Below the pieces are notes generated by a model. The model had not been told where the DNA came from. It did no database searches and was given only the letters and a program-made list of their open reading frames with translations. From positions 128,001 through 192,000 of the forward strand of contig CAVRCI010000004.1 of NCBI GenBank assembly GCA_963719495.1: a stretch of DNA of 64,000 nucleotides, given 5' to 3'. Each line of letters begins with the position of its first letter. The stretch's first letter is position 1. This stretch comes from an uncultured Verrucomicrobiae bacterium. Its GTDB lineage: Bacteria > Verrucomicrobiota > Verrucomicrobiia > Chthoniobacterales > JAATET01. The position numbers and the translations under genes are program-made. Of this stretch, positions 21,080 to 31,003 are shown one piece after another.

Positions 21080-21898
21080 GTGAAATTGCTTCGTCTCGCT
21101 TTCGTCCTCCTGGTCTTCGTTCAATCCGCTTCGGCCGCGGAACCTCCGAAGATTTTTGGGAAATCCGCGATCCTCTTCGATGCGAATACGGGCGAGGTGC
21201 TCTACAAGAAGGCGGACACTTACCGGACGCCGGTCGCGAGCACGCAGAAACTGCTCACGTCGCTCGTGGTGGCGAAGGCGGGAAATCTGGACGGGAAGTT
21301 TGCGATCGAGAAATCCGACACGTTGGAGGAGCCGACGAAGCTTTACCTCAAGGAGGGGGATCGGTATCGGCGGGCGGATCTGTTGAAGGCGCTGTTGGTG
21401 AAGAGTGCGAACGATGTCGCGCACGCTTTGGGTCGGGATAACGCGGGGAGCATCGAGGCGTTCGCGGAGAAAATGAATCGGGAGGCGGTGCGGCTGGGGG
21501 CGCAAAGTTCGAATTTCACGAATGCGAATGGGCTGCCGGATAGTCGTCAGCTTTCGACGGCGCGGGACATGGCTTGCATCGCGCGGGCGGCTTACCGCAA
21601 TCCGCTGCTGCGCGACATTATGGCGATCAAGTCGTATCGGTTCGAGTACGCGAGCGGGAAGGGCGTGACGCTCACGAACACGAATCGGGTGCTGCGGACG
21701 TATTCGTTCTGCAATGGGATGAAGACGGGTTACACGAATCTGTCGGGGCACTGCCTCATTGCGAGCGGGTCCTACGGGGGGCGGGATATGATCGCGGTGG
21801 TGCTGCGGAGTAACAAGGCGAACGTCTGGAACGACGCGGCATCGTTGCTGGAATTTGGGTTGGGGATCGATCGGCGGAAATTTACTGGCAGTTTGTGA
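21080..21898 (+). CDS. D-alanyl-D-alanine carboxypeptidase (peptidase S11)
   Basis: ASTQK (SxxK), SAND (SxN), GMKTGYT. Confidence 0.92.
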   Translation: MKLLRLAFVLLVFVQSASAAEPPKIFGKSAILFDANTGEVLYKKADTYRTPVASTQKLLTSLVVAKAGNLDGKFAIEKSDTLEEPTKLYLKEGDRYRRADLLKALLVKSANDVAHALGRDNAGSIEAFAEKMNREAVRLGAQSSNFTNANGLPDSRQLSTARDMACIARAAYRNPLLRDIMAIKSYRFEYASGKGVTLTNTNRVLRTYSFCNGMKTGYTNLSGHCLIASGSYGGRDMIAVVLRSNKANVWNDAASLLEFGLGIDRRKFTGSL

Positions 21899-22076
21899 GG
21901 GGATTTATGATTTACGATTTACGATTTACGATTTTTGGATCGGCTCGCTTCGCATTGCCTCGTGATGCGGCGGGACGCCGCATCTCGCACGCGGGGACGC
22001 GTGCGATCCCCATGCCGCACGCGGGGACGCGGGCGATCCCCATGCCGCACGTGGGGACGCGGGTGCTGTTCTTCTG

Positions 22077-24143
22077 ATGGCTCGGAAGTATTCTTTGGCT
22101 CCTCCGGCGGGGCCTTCTTCGGGGATTGATTTTGCGGCGGAGCTGAATCCGCAGCAGTTGGCGGCGGTGACGGCACCGCCGGGGGCGGCGTTGGTGATCG
22201 CGGGTGCGGGCAGCGGGAAGACGCGGACGCTGACGTTTCGCGTGGCGTGGTTGCTGGATCAGGGGGTGGCACCGGAGTCTATTTTGTTGCTGACGTTCAC
22301 CAACAAGGCTTCGCGGGAGATGTTGGAGCGGGTCGCGGGGGTCGTGGTCGGTGGGGCGGATGGGATCTGGGGCGGGACGTTTCACTCGATCGGGAATCGG
22401 ATTCTGCGGCGTCACGCGGAGCGGGTTGGTTTTCGTCCCGGGTTTTCGATCATGGACCGGGAGGACCAGACGGATCTGATCGAGTCGGTCGTGGCGCGGG
22501 ACGGAATGCGGACGGAGGACAAGAAATTTCCGAAGGGGAGCGTGCTGGCGGAGATCTTCGGGCTGTCGATCAATTGCGGGACTTCGATCCCGGAGATTCT
22601 GCGGGAGCGGTATCAGTATTTCATTCACTTGGAGGAACAGATTCAGCGCGTCGCGGTGACTTACGAGGGGCGGAAGCGGGAGTCGAACACGATGGACTTC
22701 GACGATTTGCTGTCGAAGACGCTCGAGCTTTTCGTGACGTGCCCGGACGTGGCGGAGCGGTATCAGCGGCAGTTTCGGCACGTGCTGGTGGACGAATACC
22801 AGGACACCAACCGGCTCCAGGCGGAGCTGATCGACCACCTCGCGAAGGTGCACGGGAACATCATGGTCGTGGGCGACGACGCGCAGTCGATCTACTCGTG
22901 GCGGGGGGCGAACTTCGCGAACATTCTGCGGTTTCCGGAGCGCTACAAAGACGCGGTCGTTCACAAGATCGAGACGAATTACCGGAGCGTGCCGGAGGTG
23001 CTGGAGCTGGCGAACTCGGCGATCGCGGGGAATACGAAGCAATTCAAAAAGGAACTGCGGGCGGTGCGGGCGTCGCTCGGGATGAAGCCGGCGATCGTGC
23101 CGCTGCAGACGAACAATCAGCAGGCCGCGTTCATCGCGCAGCGGGTGCTGGAATTGAGCGAGGAGGGGGTGGATCTGCGCGAGATGGCGGTGCTGTATCG
23201 CGCGCATTACCACTCGCTGGAGGTGCAGCTGGAGTTCACTCGGCGGGGGATTCCGTTTTCGATCACGAGCGGGTTGCGCTTCTTCGAGCAGGCTCACATC
23301 AAGGACGTGGCGGCTTATTTGAAGTTTGCGGTCAATCCGACGGACGAGGTGGCCTTCAAACGGATGGTGAAGCTACTGGCCGGGATCGGGCCGAAGGCGG
23401 CGGAGAATCTGTGGGTGGCGGTGACGGCGACGATCGGGCGGGGCGGGACGTTTGCGGATCTGCGCGCGAGGGCGAAGGTGCCGCCGAAGTCGGTGAAGGG
23501 TTGGGAACAGCTCGTGCACACGCTCGAGGATCTGATGCCGGGTAACCGCGTGGTGGCTCCGTGGGAGATGATCGAGGGCGTGATGTTCGCGAGCTACGAC
23601 GAATACATGAAGTCGAAGTTTCCAAACTACGACGCGCGGAAGGAGGATCTCAACACCCTGGCGAATTACTCGCGGCAGTTCGACAGCACGGCGGACTTTC
23701 TCGCGCAGCTGGCGCTATTGGGTTCCATCGAAACGGACGACGCGCTGGCACCCTCGGTCGACGAGGACGAGCGGATCACGCTGTCGACGATCCATCAGGC
23801 GAAGGGGCTCGAGTGGAATATCGTGTTCGTGGAGTGGCTGACGGAGGGGATGTTTCCGAGCGCGCGGTCGACGGAGACGGATGAGGCCGTCGAGGAGGAG
23901 CGGCGGTTGTTTTACGTGGCGGTGACGCGGTGCAAGGACGAGCTGTATTTGACCTATCCGGAGTTGCGGTTGAACGCGGGATACGGCGAGGCGTTTCAGC
24001 GGCCTTCGCGGTTCCTCGACGAGCTGCCGACTCACGTTTACGAGGATTGGGAGGTGGACTCGGCGGGGTCGTTTGGGGCGAGTGCGGGTGCGGGTGGTGC
24101 CGCTGATGACGATGACGAGGAGGGTGGGGAGATTCCCTGGTGA
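22077..24143 (+). CDS. UvrD/PcrA/Rep family ATP-dependent DNA helicase
   Basis: AGAGSGKT, VDEYQDTN, VGDDAQSIYSWRGA, STIHQAKGLEW, EERRLFYVAVTR. Confidence 0.95.
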   Translation: MARKYSLAPPAGPSSGIDFAAELNPQQLAAVTAPPGAALVIAGAGSGKTRTLTFRVAWLLDQGVAPESILLLTFTNKASREMLERVAGVVVGGADGIWGGTFHSIGNRILRRHAERVGFRPGFSIMDREDQTDLIESVVARDGMRTEDKKFPKGSVLAEIFGLSINCGTSIPEILRERYQYFIHLEEQIQRVAVTYEGRKRESNTMDFDDLLSKTLELFVTCPDVAERYQRQFRHVLVDEYQDTNRLQAELIDHLAKVHGNIMVVGDDAQSIYSWRGANFANILRFPERYKDAVVHKIETNYRSVPEVLELANSAIAGNTKQFKKELRAVRASLGMKPAIVPLQTNNQQAAFIAQRVLELSEEGVDLREMAVLYRAHYHSLEVQLEFTRRGIPFSITSGLRFFEQAHIKDVAAYLKFAVNPTDEVAFKRMVKLLAGIGPKAAENLWVAVTATIGRGGTFADLRARAKVPPKSVKGWEQLVHTLEDLMPGNRVVAPWEMIEGVMFASYDEYMKSKFPNYDARKEDLNTLANYSRQFDSTADFLAQLALLGSIETDDALAPSVDEDERITLSTIHQAKGLEWNIVFVEWLTEGMFPSARSTETDEAVEEERRLFYVAVTRCKDELYLTYPELRLNAGYGEAFQRPSRFLDELPTHVYEDWEVDSAGSFGASAGAGGAADDDDEEGGEIPW

Positions 24144-24217
24144 CGGCGGTTGGGGTTGGAATCGGCTTTGGGCCGATTGTGGGTTGGTGACCGGCTGGAA
24201 GCCGGTGCTACTGGGAT

Positions 24218-24655
24218 TCAGATTTGGATGGGGGTGGGTTCGGCGGGGGCGGATTGGATGACTCCGGAGATGCGCCAGGTGTCGGAGTCGCGCTGGAGGA
24301 GGTATTGGTATTCGATTGTTTGGCCGTCGGTGCCGGTGATCTCGACGGAGACGGCGGCTTTCTCGCCGTCGTCGATGGCGACGAGAAATCTCGCGCCGGT
24401 GGAGTTGGCGATCTGGGGATACTGCGCGCGAACCATTGCTTCGAAGGCCTCGGCCGGGAATTGCGATTTGATGCCGGCGTGGGCGAAGCCGTAGGCGGCC
24501 CGGTAGTCGTCGGCCCGGAAGGCGGTGAGCTGCCGCTCGATGACGCTCTGGAGTGCGGCCTTCACCGCGGGATCGCTGGGTCGGACTTCGGCCTGGCAGG
24601 CGGTGGTCAGAGTCGCGAAGCAGGCAAGCGAAAGAGCGAGGAATGGGTGGCGCAT
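24218..24655 (-). CDS. DUF4864 family exported protein
   Basis: VIERQLTAFRADD..AAYGFA...I...F, MVR..YP, WRISGV. Confidence 0.75.
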   Translation of the reverse strand: MRHPFLALSLACFATLTTACQAEVRPSDPAVKAALQSVIERQLTAFRADDYRAAYGFAHAGIKSQFPAEAFEAMVRAQYPQIANSTGARFLVAIDDGEKAAVSVEITGTDGQTIEYQYLLQRDSDTWRISGVIQSAPAEPTPIQI

Positions 24656-24778
24656 GAGGGACTGACGTCGAAGGGAGACGGTGTGTCAAAGTGGAAGTCG
24701 ATCGAGGCGGGGCGGCGGACGGAATAATCCGGGGATTCGTGGCTCGTAGACGGGAACTTTTTGCGGAACCTTCATTCG

Positions 24779-25231
24779 ATGAACGACGACTCGACCCACC
24801 TCACGCCCCTCGATTTATCCTCGGTTCATCCGCGCAGTCCGCGGGCGACCCTTGGCGGCTACGTGGTCGCCGCCCGGACGCTGGACAAGTGTCGCTCACT
24901 GCTGAACGGGACGATCGGCGAATACCATTACGACTGTCCGCTGGATAATTTCTTTTTCGAGTTTGCGGGATTGACCGGAGATCGGTTTAAGGAATTCGTG
25001 GCGACCGGTGCTTCGGACGACGAGGTGGCGGCGTGGATTCAGGAAAACGCGACGAAGCGGGAGCGGATCGAAATCATCAAGTGGAACAATGATCTGCGGG
25101 GGAAGCGGATCGGTGAGATGCCCGAGAAATTGCAGGAATTTCTCGAGGATTACATTCCGGAAAACGTGCCGGATCATCGTCCGGTTTACGTCTGGTTCGA
25201 CGTTTACGATCTCGAGGAGGGACGGCTGTGA
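24779..25231 (+). CDS. DUF5069 family protein
   Basis: PRSPR.TLGGY...ARTLDKCR....GTIGEYHYDCPLD. Confidence 0.75.
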   Translation: MNDDSTHLTPLDLSSVHPRSPRATLGGYVVAARTLDKCRSLLNGTIGEYHYDCPLDNFFFEFAGLTGDRFKEFVATGASDDEVAAWIQENATKRERIEIIKWNNDLRGKRIGEMPEKLQEFLEDYIPENVPDHRPVYVWFDVYDLEEGRL

Positions 25232-27522
25232 GCGCGAATCCGATTGCGCGTTACTACCGGTGGCTTCACGGGAAGTGGCCGGCGGGGAAGGTCGAGAAGG
25301 CGCCCGAGATCAACGCGGACGGTTCGACGAACGTGCCGGGCGTTTATGTCGTGGGCGATCTGACGGGAATTCCGTTGTTGAAATTTTCGTCCGACACGGG
25401 GGCACGAGCCGTGCGGACCATCGCGGACGAGTCGGGCTTCCGAGCGGGGACGGGTGGTGATGGGGTGGTGGATCTCGCGATCATCGGAGCGGGCGTCGCG
25501 GGGTTGGCTGCCGCCATGGAGGCGTCGAAGCGGGGGTTGAGTTACACGCTGTTCGAGGCGAAGCAGGCGTTCTCGACCGTGATCGATTTTCCGAAGGGGA
25601 AGCCGATCTACACGTATCCGACGGACATGACGCCGACGGGCGATCTGCAGTTCAAGACCGACGTGAAGGAGGATCTCGTCGAGGAGCTCGAGGGCTACCG
25701 GACGAAGAACGGGATCGAGACGACCGCGGCGACGGTCGAGCGGATCGCGCGGAAGGGCGGTCAGCTCGAGGTGGTGACGGCGGAGGGTGGGCCGCACCGG
25801 GCGCAGCGGGTGATCGTCGCCATCGGGAGGAGTGGAAATTACCGGTCGCTCGGCGTGCCGGGTGAGGAACTGGACAAGGTCCACCATCGGCTGCACGACC
25901 CGAAGGATTACTGCGACCAGCGGGTGCTGGTCGTCGGCGGCGGAGATTCGGCGATGGAGACGGCAATCGCGCTGGGGAATTGCGGGTCGACGGTGACGTT
26001 GAGTTACCGGAAGCCGGAGTTCTCGCGACCGAAACCGGAGAACGTCGAGAAGCTGAAGGCGCTGGCGGACGCGGGTGAGGGCCGGGGTTCCGTCGAGTTG
26101 CTCATGGGATCGCGGGTGAAGGAGATCCGCGACGTAGAAGTGGGAGTCGAGTTGGCCGATGGCGGGGAGCGGACGGTCGAGAACGACGCGGTCTTTGCGA
26201 TGATCGGGCGCGAGGCTCCGCTGGAGTTTTTCCGCAAGTCGGGAATCAAGATCAGCGGGGAGCGAGACGCGAAATTCTGGATCACGCTCGCGGTCATCCT
26301 TGCGGCCTTCACCGTGGTTTACCAATGGAAGAAGGGCGGGACGTGGCTGCCGATCAACGAATTCTTCAAGAAGCGGGATTGGTTTCCCTTTAATTTCGGA
26401 GAGTGGTGGGTGTCGCTCGGGGGGATCTTCAACGAGCCTTCGCATCTGCTCGGCACGCTCAGGTATTCGGTCGGGGACCCGGGGTTCTATTATTCGATGC
26501 TGTATTGCACGCTCATCGTGGTCTTCGGGATCCGGCGGATTCGGATGCGGCGGACGCCTTACGTGACGAAGCAGACGACGGCGTTGGCGGCGTTTCAGGT
26601 GATCCCTTTGTTTTTAATTCCCTACATTCTGCTGCCTTGGGCGGGGTTCAACGGGTGGTTCGATGGGGGCTTTGGCAAAGGGGTGGCGGATGAGCTGTTT
26701 CCGGAGGTAAATTACGGGACGGGGCGGGAATATTGGCGGGCCTTCGGCTTGATCCTCGCTTGGCCGCTGTTTATTTGGAACGTGTTCACCGCGCAGCCGA
26801 TGTGGACGTGGTTGATCATTAGCCTGGTGCAGACGTTCGTGATTATCCCGCTGATCATTTACCGGTGGGGGAAGGGGGCGTATTGCGGGTTCATTTGTTC
26901 GTGCGGGGCGATGGCGGAGACGCTGGGCGATTCGCACCGGCAGAAGATGCCGCACGGGCCGATCTGGAATAAGCTGAACATGATCGGTCAGGTTTTTCTG
27001 GCTTTCGCGTTTCTGATTTTCTTCGCGCGGGTGGGGTCCTGGATTTGGCCGGATTCGTTTTTGAAGGACGCTTTCGCGATTGGGCTGAATGGGTCGACGG
27101 ACGGGACGGTGATGCCGTGGAGTTACGCGTGGTTCGTGGATTTGCTGTGGGCGGGGATCATTGGGTTTGGGTTGTATTTCCACTTCTCCGGGCGGGTGTG
27201 GTGTCGGTTTGCTTGTCCGTTGGCGGCGCTGATGCACGTTTACGCGCGGTTCACGCGGTTCCGGATCTTTGCGGAGAAGAAGAAGTGCATTTCGTGCAAT
27301 GTCTGCACGTCGGTGTGTCACCAGGGAATCGACGTGATGAGCTTCGCGAACAAAGGGGAGCCGATGGCGGATCCGGAGTGCGTGCGGTGCTCGGCTTGCG
27401 TGCAGAGCTGCCCGACGGGGGTGCTGGAATTCGGGCGCTACGCGGCGGATGGGAAGATCGTGATGGATCGGACGGCGGCTTCGCCGGTGTTGATGGCGGA
27501 GCGGGGGGGGGAAGTGAGGTGA
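25228..27522 (+). CDS. Fusion of a thioredoxin-reductase-like FAD/NAD(P) oxidoreductase and a NapH/MauN-like membrane 4Fe-4S domain
   Basis: GAGVAG, VGGGDSA, TM helices, YCGFICSCG, WCRFACP, and two CxxCxxCxxxC motifs. Confidence 0.82.
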   Translation: MSANPIARYYRWLHGKWPAGKVEKAPEINADGSTNVPGVYVVGDLTGIPLLKFSSDTGARAVRTIADESGFRAGTGGDGVVDLAIIGAGVAGLAAAMEASKRGLSYTLFEAKQAFSTVIDFPKGKPIYTYPTDMTPTGDLQFKTDVKEDLVEELEGYRTKNGIETTAATVERIARKGGQLEVVTAEGGPHRAQRVIVAIGRSGNYRSLGVPGEELDKVHHRLHDPKDYCDQRVLVVGGGDSAMETAIALGNCGSTVTLSYRKPEFSRPKPENVEKLKALADAGEGRGSVELLMGSRVKEIRDVEVGVELADGGERTVENDAVFAMIGREAPLEFFRKSGIKISGERDAKFWITLAVILAAFTVVYQWKKGGTWLPINEFFKKRDWFPFNFGEWWVSLGGIFNEPSHLLGTLRYSVGDPGFYYSMLYCTLIVVFGIRRIRMRRTPYVTKQTTALAAFQVIPLFLIPYILLPWAGFNGWFDGGFGKGVADELFPEVNYGTGREYWRAFGLILAWPLFIWNVFTAQPMWTWLIISLVQTFVIIPLIIYRWGKGAYCGFICSCGAMAETLGDSHRQKMPHGPIWNKLNMIGQVFLAFAFLIFFARVGSWIWPDSFLKDAFAIGLNGSTDGTVMPWSYAWFVDLLWAGIIGFGLYFHFSGRVWCRFACPLAALMHVYARFTRFRIFAEKKKCISCNVCTSVCHQGIDVMSFANKGEPMADPECVRCSACVQSCPTGVLEFGRYAADGKIVMDRTAASPVLMAERGGEVR

Positions 27523-27550
27523 AAAGGGTTGAGGCCTTCGGCCTTTTGGT

Positions 27551-28260
27551 TGGTTCGGCGATTGTAAATCGCCGCTCCTTGAAAGATGAACCCGCTTCAG
27601 TTTTTTAATCCTCTTCGCGAGGTTTTCCGGACGGGGAATCGTCTGCCGCATTGGCAGCAGGAGGGGGTCGTTTATTTTGTGACCTTTCGGCTGGTTGATT
27701 CGCTGCCGTGGGAACTGACGAGCCGGTGGAATTCCGAGCGGAATGCGTGGATGGAACACCATCCATTCCCGTGGTCTTCGCAAGTGGAGGGGGAATATCG
27801 GAAGCGGTTTTTGGAGCCTTGGGAAAATGGTCTGGACCAGGGGAATGGTGAATGCCTTTTGCGAAAGTCCGAGTGCGCGAAGCTCGTGATGGATGCGCTC
27901 CAATTTTTCGACGGCACCAGGTCCGCGCTGTTGAGCGCGGTGGTGATGCCGAACCACGTTCACGCTCTGTTCGTCGTTCCTCCTGAAGAGGATTTGGGGA
28001 AACTGCTGCAATCCTGGAAGCGGTTCAGCTCCCGGCAGATCAATGAGCTGCTGGGGCGGGCGGGATCGATTTGGCAGAAAGACTATTTTGATCGAGTCGT
28101 TCGCGACGCGAGCCATTTTCGGAACTGCGTGCGTTATATTCGGAAAAATCCCGAGCGCGGGCACCTGAAAGCGGGTGAATTCCTCCTCTTCGAGAGCGAA
28201 CTGGCGAAGGATGTCGAATGACTGATTTTCAAGGAGCGGCGATTTGCAATCGCCGAACCA
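27551..28260 (+). mobile_element. RAYT locus flanked by 34-bp inverted REPs (27551-27584 and 28227-28260)
   Basis: The arms are reverse complements with one mismatch; each has a GGCGATT-N3-AATCGCC hairpin with a GGAG foot; a third copy is at 10181-10207. Confidence 0.85.
27586..28221 (+). CDS. REP-associated tyrosine transposase (RAYT, IS200/Y1 HUH family)
   Basis: LPHW....YFVTFRL.DSLP, VMPNHVH (HUH), WQKDYFDRVVRD, YIRKNP. Confidence 0.9.
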   Translation: MNPLQFFNPLREVFRTGNRLPHWQQEGVVYFVTFRLVDSLPWELTSRWNSERNAWMEHHPFPWSSQVEGEYRKRFLEPWENGLDQGNGECLLRKSECAKLVMDALQFFDGTRSALLSAVVMPNHVHALFVVPPEEDLGKLLQSWKRFSSRQINELLGRAGSIWQKDYFDRVVRDASHFRNCVRYIRKNPERGHLKAGEFLLFESELAKDVE

Positions 28261-28283
28261 AACCAATCAACGAGCGAAGCGAG

Positions 28284-30278
28284 ATGGACTTCTCGAACGT
28301 CGTGGTCGTCATTCCGGCGTTCGACGAGGCCGGGAGCGTGGGGCGGGTGGTGGAGGGGTTGATTGCGCGGGGGCTTTCGCGGGTGCGGGTGGTGGATAAC
28401 GGGTCCTCCGACGGGACGGGGAACGTGGCGCGGTTGGCGGGGGCGGAGGTGGTTGTGGAGCCTCGGCCGGGTTACGGGCGGGCTTGCTTTACGGGATGCC
28501 GGGACCTGCCCGGGGACTGCGAGTGGATTCTTTTCTGCGACGCGGATGGGAGTGATGATTTGGATTCCATTCCGAAGTTGGTGGAGCGGGCGGGGGAATT
28601 CGATTTCGTGCTCGGGAATCGGCGGGCGACGGTGGCGGGGCGGGCGTCGATGACGAAGGTGCAGGACTTTGGGAATTGGTTGGCGACGTTTTTGCTTCGC
28701 GGATTATTCGGGGCGGATTTTCACGATCTGGGGCCGATGCGGTTGATTCGGCGGTCGACCTACGAGGCGATGGAGATGAAGGACCGGGGATTCGGTTGGA
28801 CGGTCGAGATGCAGGCGCGGGCGGCGCAGCTCGGGGTGCGTTCGGTGGAGGTGCCGGTGCCTTATCACGCGAGGGTGGCCGGAAAATCGAAGGTGTCCGG
28901 GACGGTCAAGGGATCGGTTCAGGCGGGGGTGATCATTCTGACGACGATCGGACGCTTCGCGGTCGAGGCGTGGCAGCGTCCGCTGGCCTGGCTGGCGGCG
29001 ATTTTTTTGCTGGGGGGGGCGGGGTTGATGGTGCCCTTTGGAGATTTCCGCGAGGCGGCGGCGGTTCCCTGGTTTCTGGCGGGGGCCGGGGTGATGAGTG
29101 TTGGGTTTGCGATGAGCTGGGCGGTGCGGTCGGTCGGGGTGGGGGTGTTCTTTGGGGTGGCGGTATTGGCGAGGTTGGTTCTGTTTCCGATGGAGCCGGG
29201 GGGGGACGTGTGGCGATACGTTTGGGAGGGGCTGGTGCAGATCGGTGGGGGAAATCCTTACACCTTGCCGCCGGACGCGGCTTCGCTGGCGGGGTTGCGG
29301 GCGGATTGGTGGGCGAAGATCAACCATCCTTCGGTGACCGCGATCTATCCGCCGTTGGCCGAGTTGGTGTTTCGCGGGATGGCTTGGATCTCACCGACGG
29401 CGTGGTTTTTCAAGTCGGTGATCGTGGCGGCGGATGTCGGGGTGGCCGGGTTGCTGTGGCGGCGCTTCGGGAGCGGCGCTTTGCTCTACGCCTGGAACCC
29501 GCTGGTGATCTACGGGTTCGCGGGGGGCGCGCATTACGATTCGATTTTCCTGCTGCCGATGGTGGCGGGGTGGTTGGCTCTGGAATCGGCGACGACGGTG
29601 CGGGGACGCTGGGTGGGTTGCGGCTGGCTGGGGCTTTCGGTCGCGCTGAAATACGTGTCGGCTCCGCTGGCGGTGTTTGCGGTGCTGATGATGGTGCGGC
29701 GTGACGGCTGGAGGGCGGCGGTCGTGGGGGCTGGATTGGTGGCGCTGCCGGGGTTGCTCGCGTTGGCGGCTTTCTGGGGGAGCTTTGGCGTTCACCCGCT
29801 GGGACCGGCGGAGTTTGGCGCGGTGGCTCGGAGCGCGGAATTGATTCCGCGGTTCGTTGGGGATTTTTGGGAACGGTCGCTGAAGTGGAATTCGCTGTTC
29901 GCAATCCCGCTGGCGGGCGTGATTTTGTGGCGGCTTTGGCGATCTCGGGCGTTGCTTGCCTTCGGCGAGGAGGCGCTTTTGGCGACGTTCGTTTTGTCGC
30001 CGGTGGTCCACGCCTGGTATTTCGTGTGGGCGATTCCGTTCGCGGTGGCGTCGCGGAATCTGGGGCTGCGGCTGGTGGGCGTGTCGGCGTTCGTTTACTT
30101 CAGCCTCGAGTATCGACAGGCGGTCAGCGCGCCGCGGTGGCGGATGACTCCGGTGGAGTTGGCGCTGTTGTGGAGTCCGCTGGTGTTGGGGTTCGCATGG
30201 TCCCGCTGGCGAGAGCGCGCTGCCAGGCGGGCAGGTGATCGATGTCCTCCAGAGCGGGTTCGATCGCGCGGAGGGTGA
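28284..30278 (+). CDS. GT2 glycosyltransferase fused to a GT-C/GT87-like membrane glycosyltransferase
   Basis: IPAFDEA, DNGSSDGT, DADGSD, GWTVEMQ; then DVWRYVWEG..NPY, TAIYPP, YAWNPL, HAWY. Confidence 0.8.
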   Translation: MDFSNVVVVIPAFDEAGSVGRVVEGLIARGLSRVRVVDNGSSDGTGNVARLAGAEVVVEPRPGYGRACFTGCRDLPGDCEWILFCDADGSDDLDSIPKLVERAGEFDFVLGNRRATVAGRASMTKVQDFGNWLATFLLRGLFGADFHDLGPMRLIRRSTYEAMEMKDRGFGWTVEMQARAAQLGVRSVEVPVPYHARVAGKSKVSGTVKGSVQAGVIILTTIGRFAVEAWQRPLAWLAAIFLLGGAGLMVPFGDFREAAAVPWFLAGAGVMSVGFAMSWAVRSVGVGVFFGVAVLARLVLFPMEPGGDVWRYVWEGLVQIGGGNPYTLPPDAASLAGLRADWWAKINHPSVTAIYPPLAELVFRGMAWISPTAWFFKSVIVAADVGVAGLLWRRFGSGALLYAWNPLVIYGFAGGAHYDSIFLLPMVAGWLALESATTVRGRWVGCGWLGLSVALKYVSAPLAVFAVLMMVRRDGWRAAVVGAGLVALPGLLALAAFWGSFGVHPLGPAEFGAVARSAELIPRFVGDFWERSLKWNSLFAIPLAGVILWRLWRSRALLAFGEEALLATFVLSPVVHAWYFVWAIPFAVASRNLGLRLVGVSAFVYFSLEYRQAVSAPRWRMTPVELALLWSPLVLGFAWSRWRERAARRAGDRCPPERVRSRGG

Positions 30279-30801
30279 GGCCGGCGGCGAGGCATTGGCG
30301 GGTGGTCTCGAGGTAAACGCGCGGAGTGCTCCAGCTGATGTCGGTGAAGACGGCGGGTTGGTTGGAACGGAGGCCGACGAGGACGTAGCCGCCGTCGAGC
30401 GCCGGGACGAGGCAGACGTCGCGGTGGACGAGGGAGCTGGCGCAGGTCTCGAGGAGGCGGCGGTCGAGGTACGGGCAGTCGCCTCCAATGAGGAGAAGGG
30501 GGGCGGATGGGTTGATTTCGAAGTGGTGCGTGGTGGCGTGGCGGAGGCGGTCGCCGAGGTCGCCGTCGGGTTGCGGAACGTAGGTCGGGTGGTCGCCGAG
30601 GAAGGTGGTCATCCGCTCGAGCGCGTCGGCGGGTGCGAAGTGGACGACGACGTTCCAGTCCGAGGGGATCCGCTCGATCTGATGGCGGACGAGTCGCTCG
30701 TAGACGTCGCGGGCCGCGTCGGCTCCGATTTCACGGGCGAGCCGAGTTTTTACGTAGCCGGAGATCGGGGCTTTGAGGAGGAGGGCGACGGTTGGGATCA
30801 T
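30124..30801 (-). CDS. TIGR04282/DUF2064 family glycosyltransferase-like protein
   Basis: KAP..G.VKTRLA, Q..GDLG.RL, IGGDCP, PALDGGYVLVG, DID. Confidence 0.85.
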   Translation of the reverse strand: MIPTVALLLKAPISGYVKTRLAREIGADAARDVYERLVRHQIERIPSDWNVVVHFAPADALERMTTFLGDHPTYVPQPDGDLGDRLRHATTHHFEINPSAPLLLIGGDCPYLDRRLLETCASSLVHRDVCLVPALDGGYVLVGLRSNQPAVFTDISWSTPRVYLETTRQCLAAGLTLRAIEPALEDIDHLPAWQRALASGTMRTPTPADSTTAPTPPESSATAAR

Positions 30802-31003
30802 TGGTGCTTCTGAGCTTTATCCCAAAATCCGGTCCTTGGCTGGGAAGATCTTCGAGACTCGTTGCTCCCAAGCGGACGGGGATTTCCGGCGTTTCGGTGA
30901 TCGATAAAAATTCCAGCGGTCGTTGGTCAAGGAAGTGCGGGTTCAGGAAGTGCGGGTTCTGGCAATGGACAGGGAGCACGGCGCGCGGGTATCTGGGGGG
31001 ACG

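Noticed and set aside
21985..22066. 30-bp unit x3 as a possible CRISPR array
   Set aside because: No unique spacers and no cas genes; it is a tandem expansion of the REP family A tail
30929..30960. 15-bp direct repeat (AGGAAGTGCGGGTTC x2) upstream of the NHL gene as an operator
   Set aside because: Only two copies and no cognate regulator nearby; cannot be told apart from a local duplication
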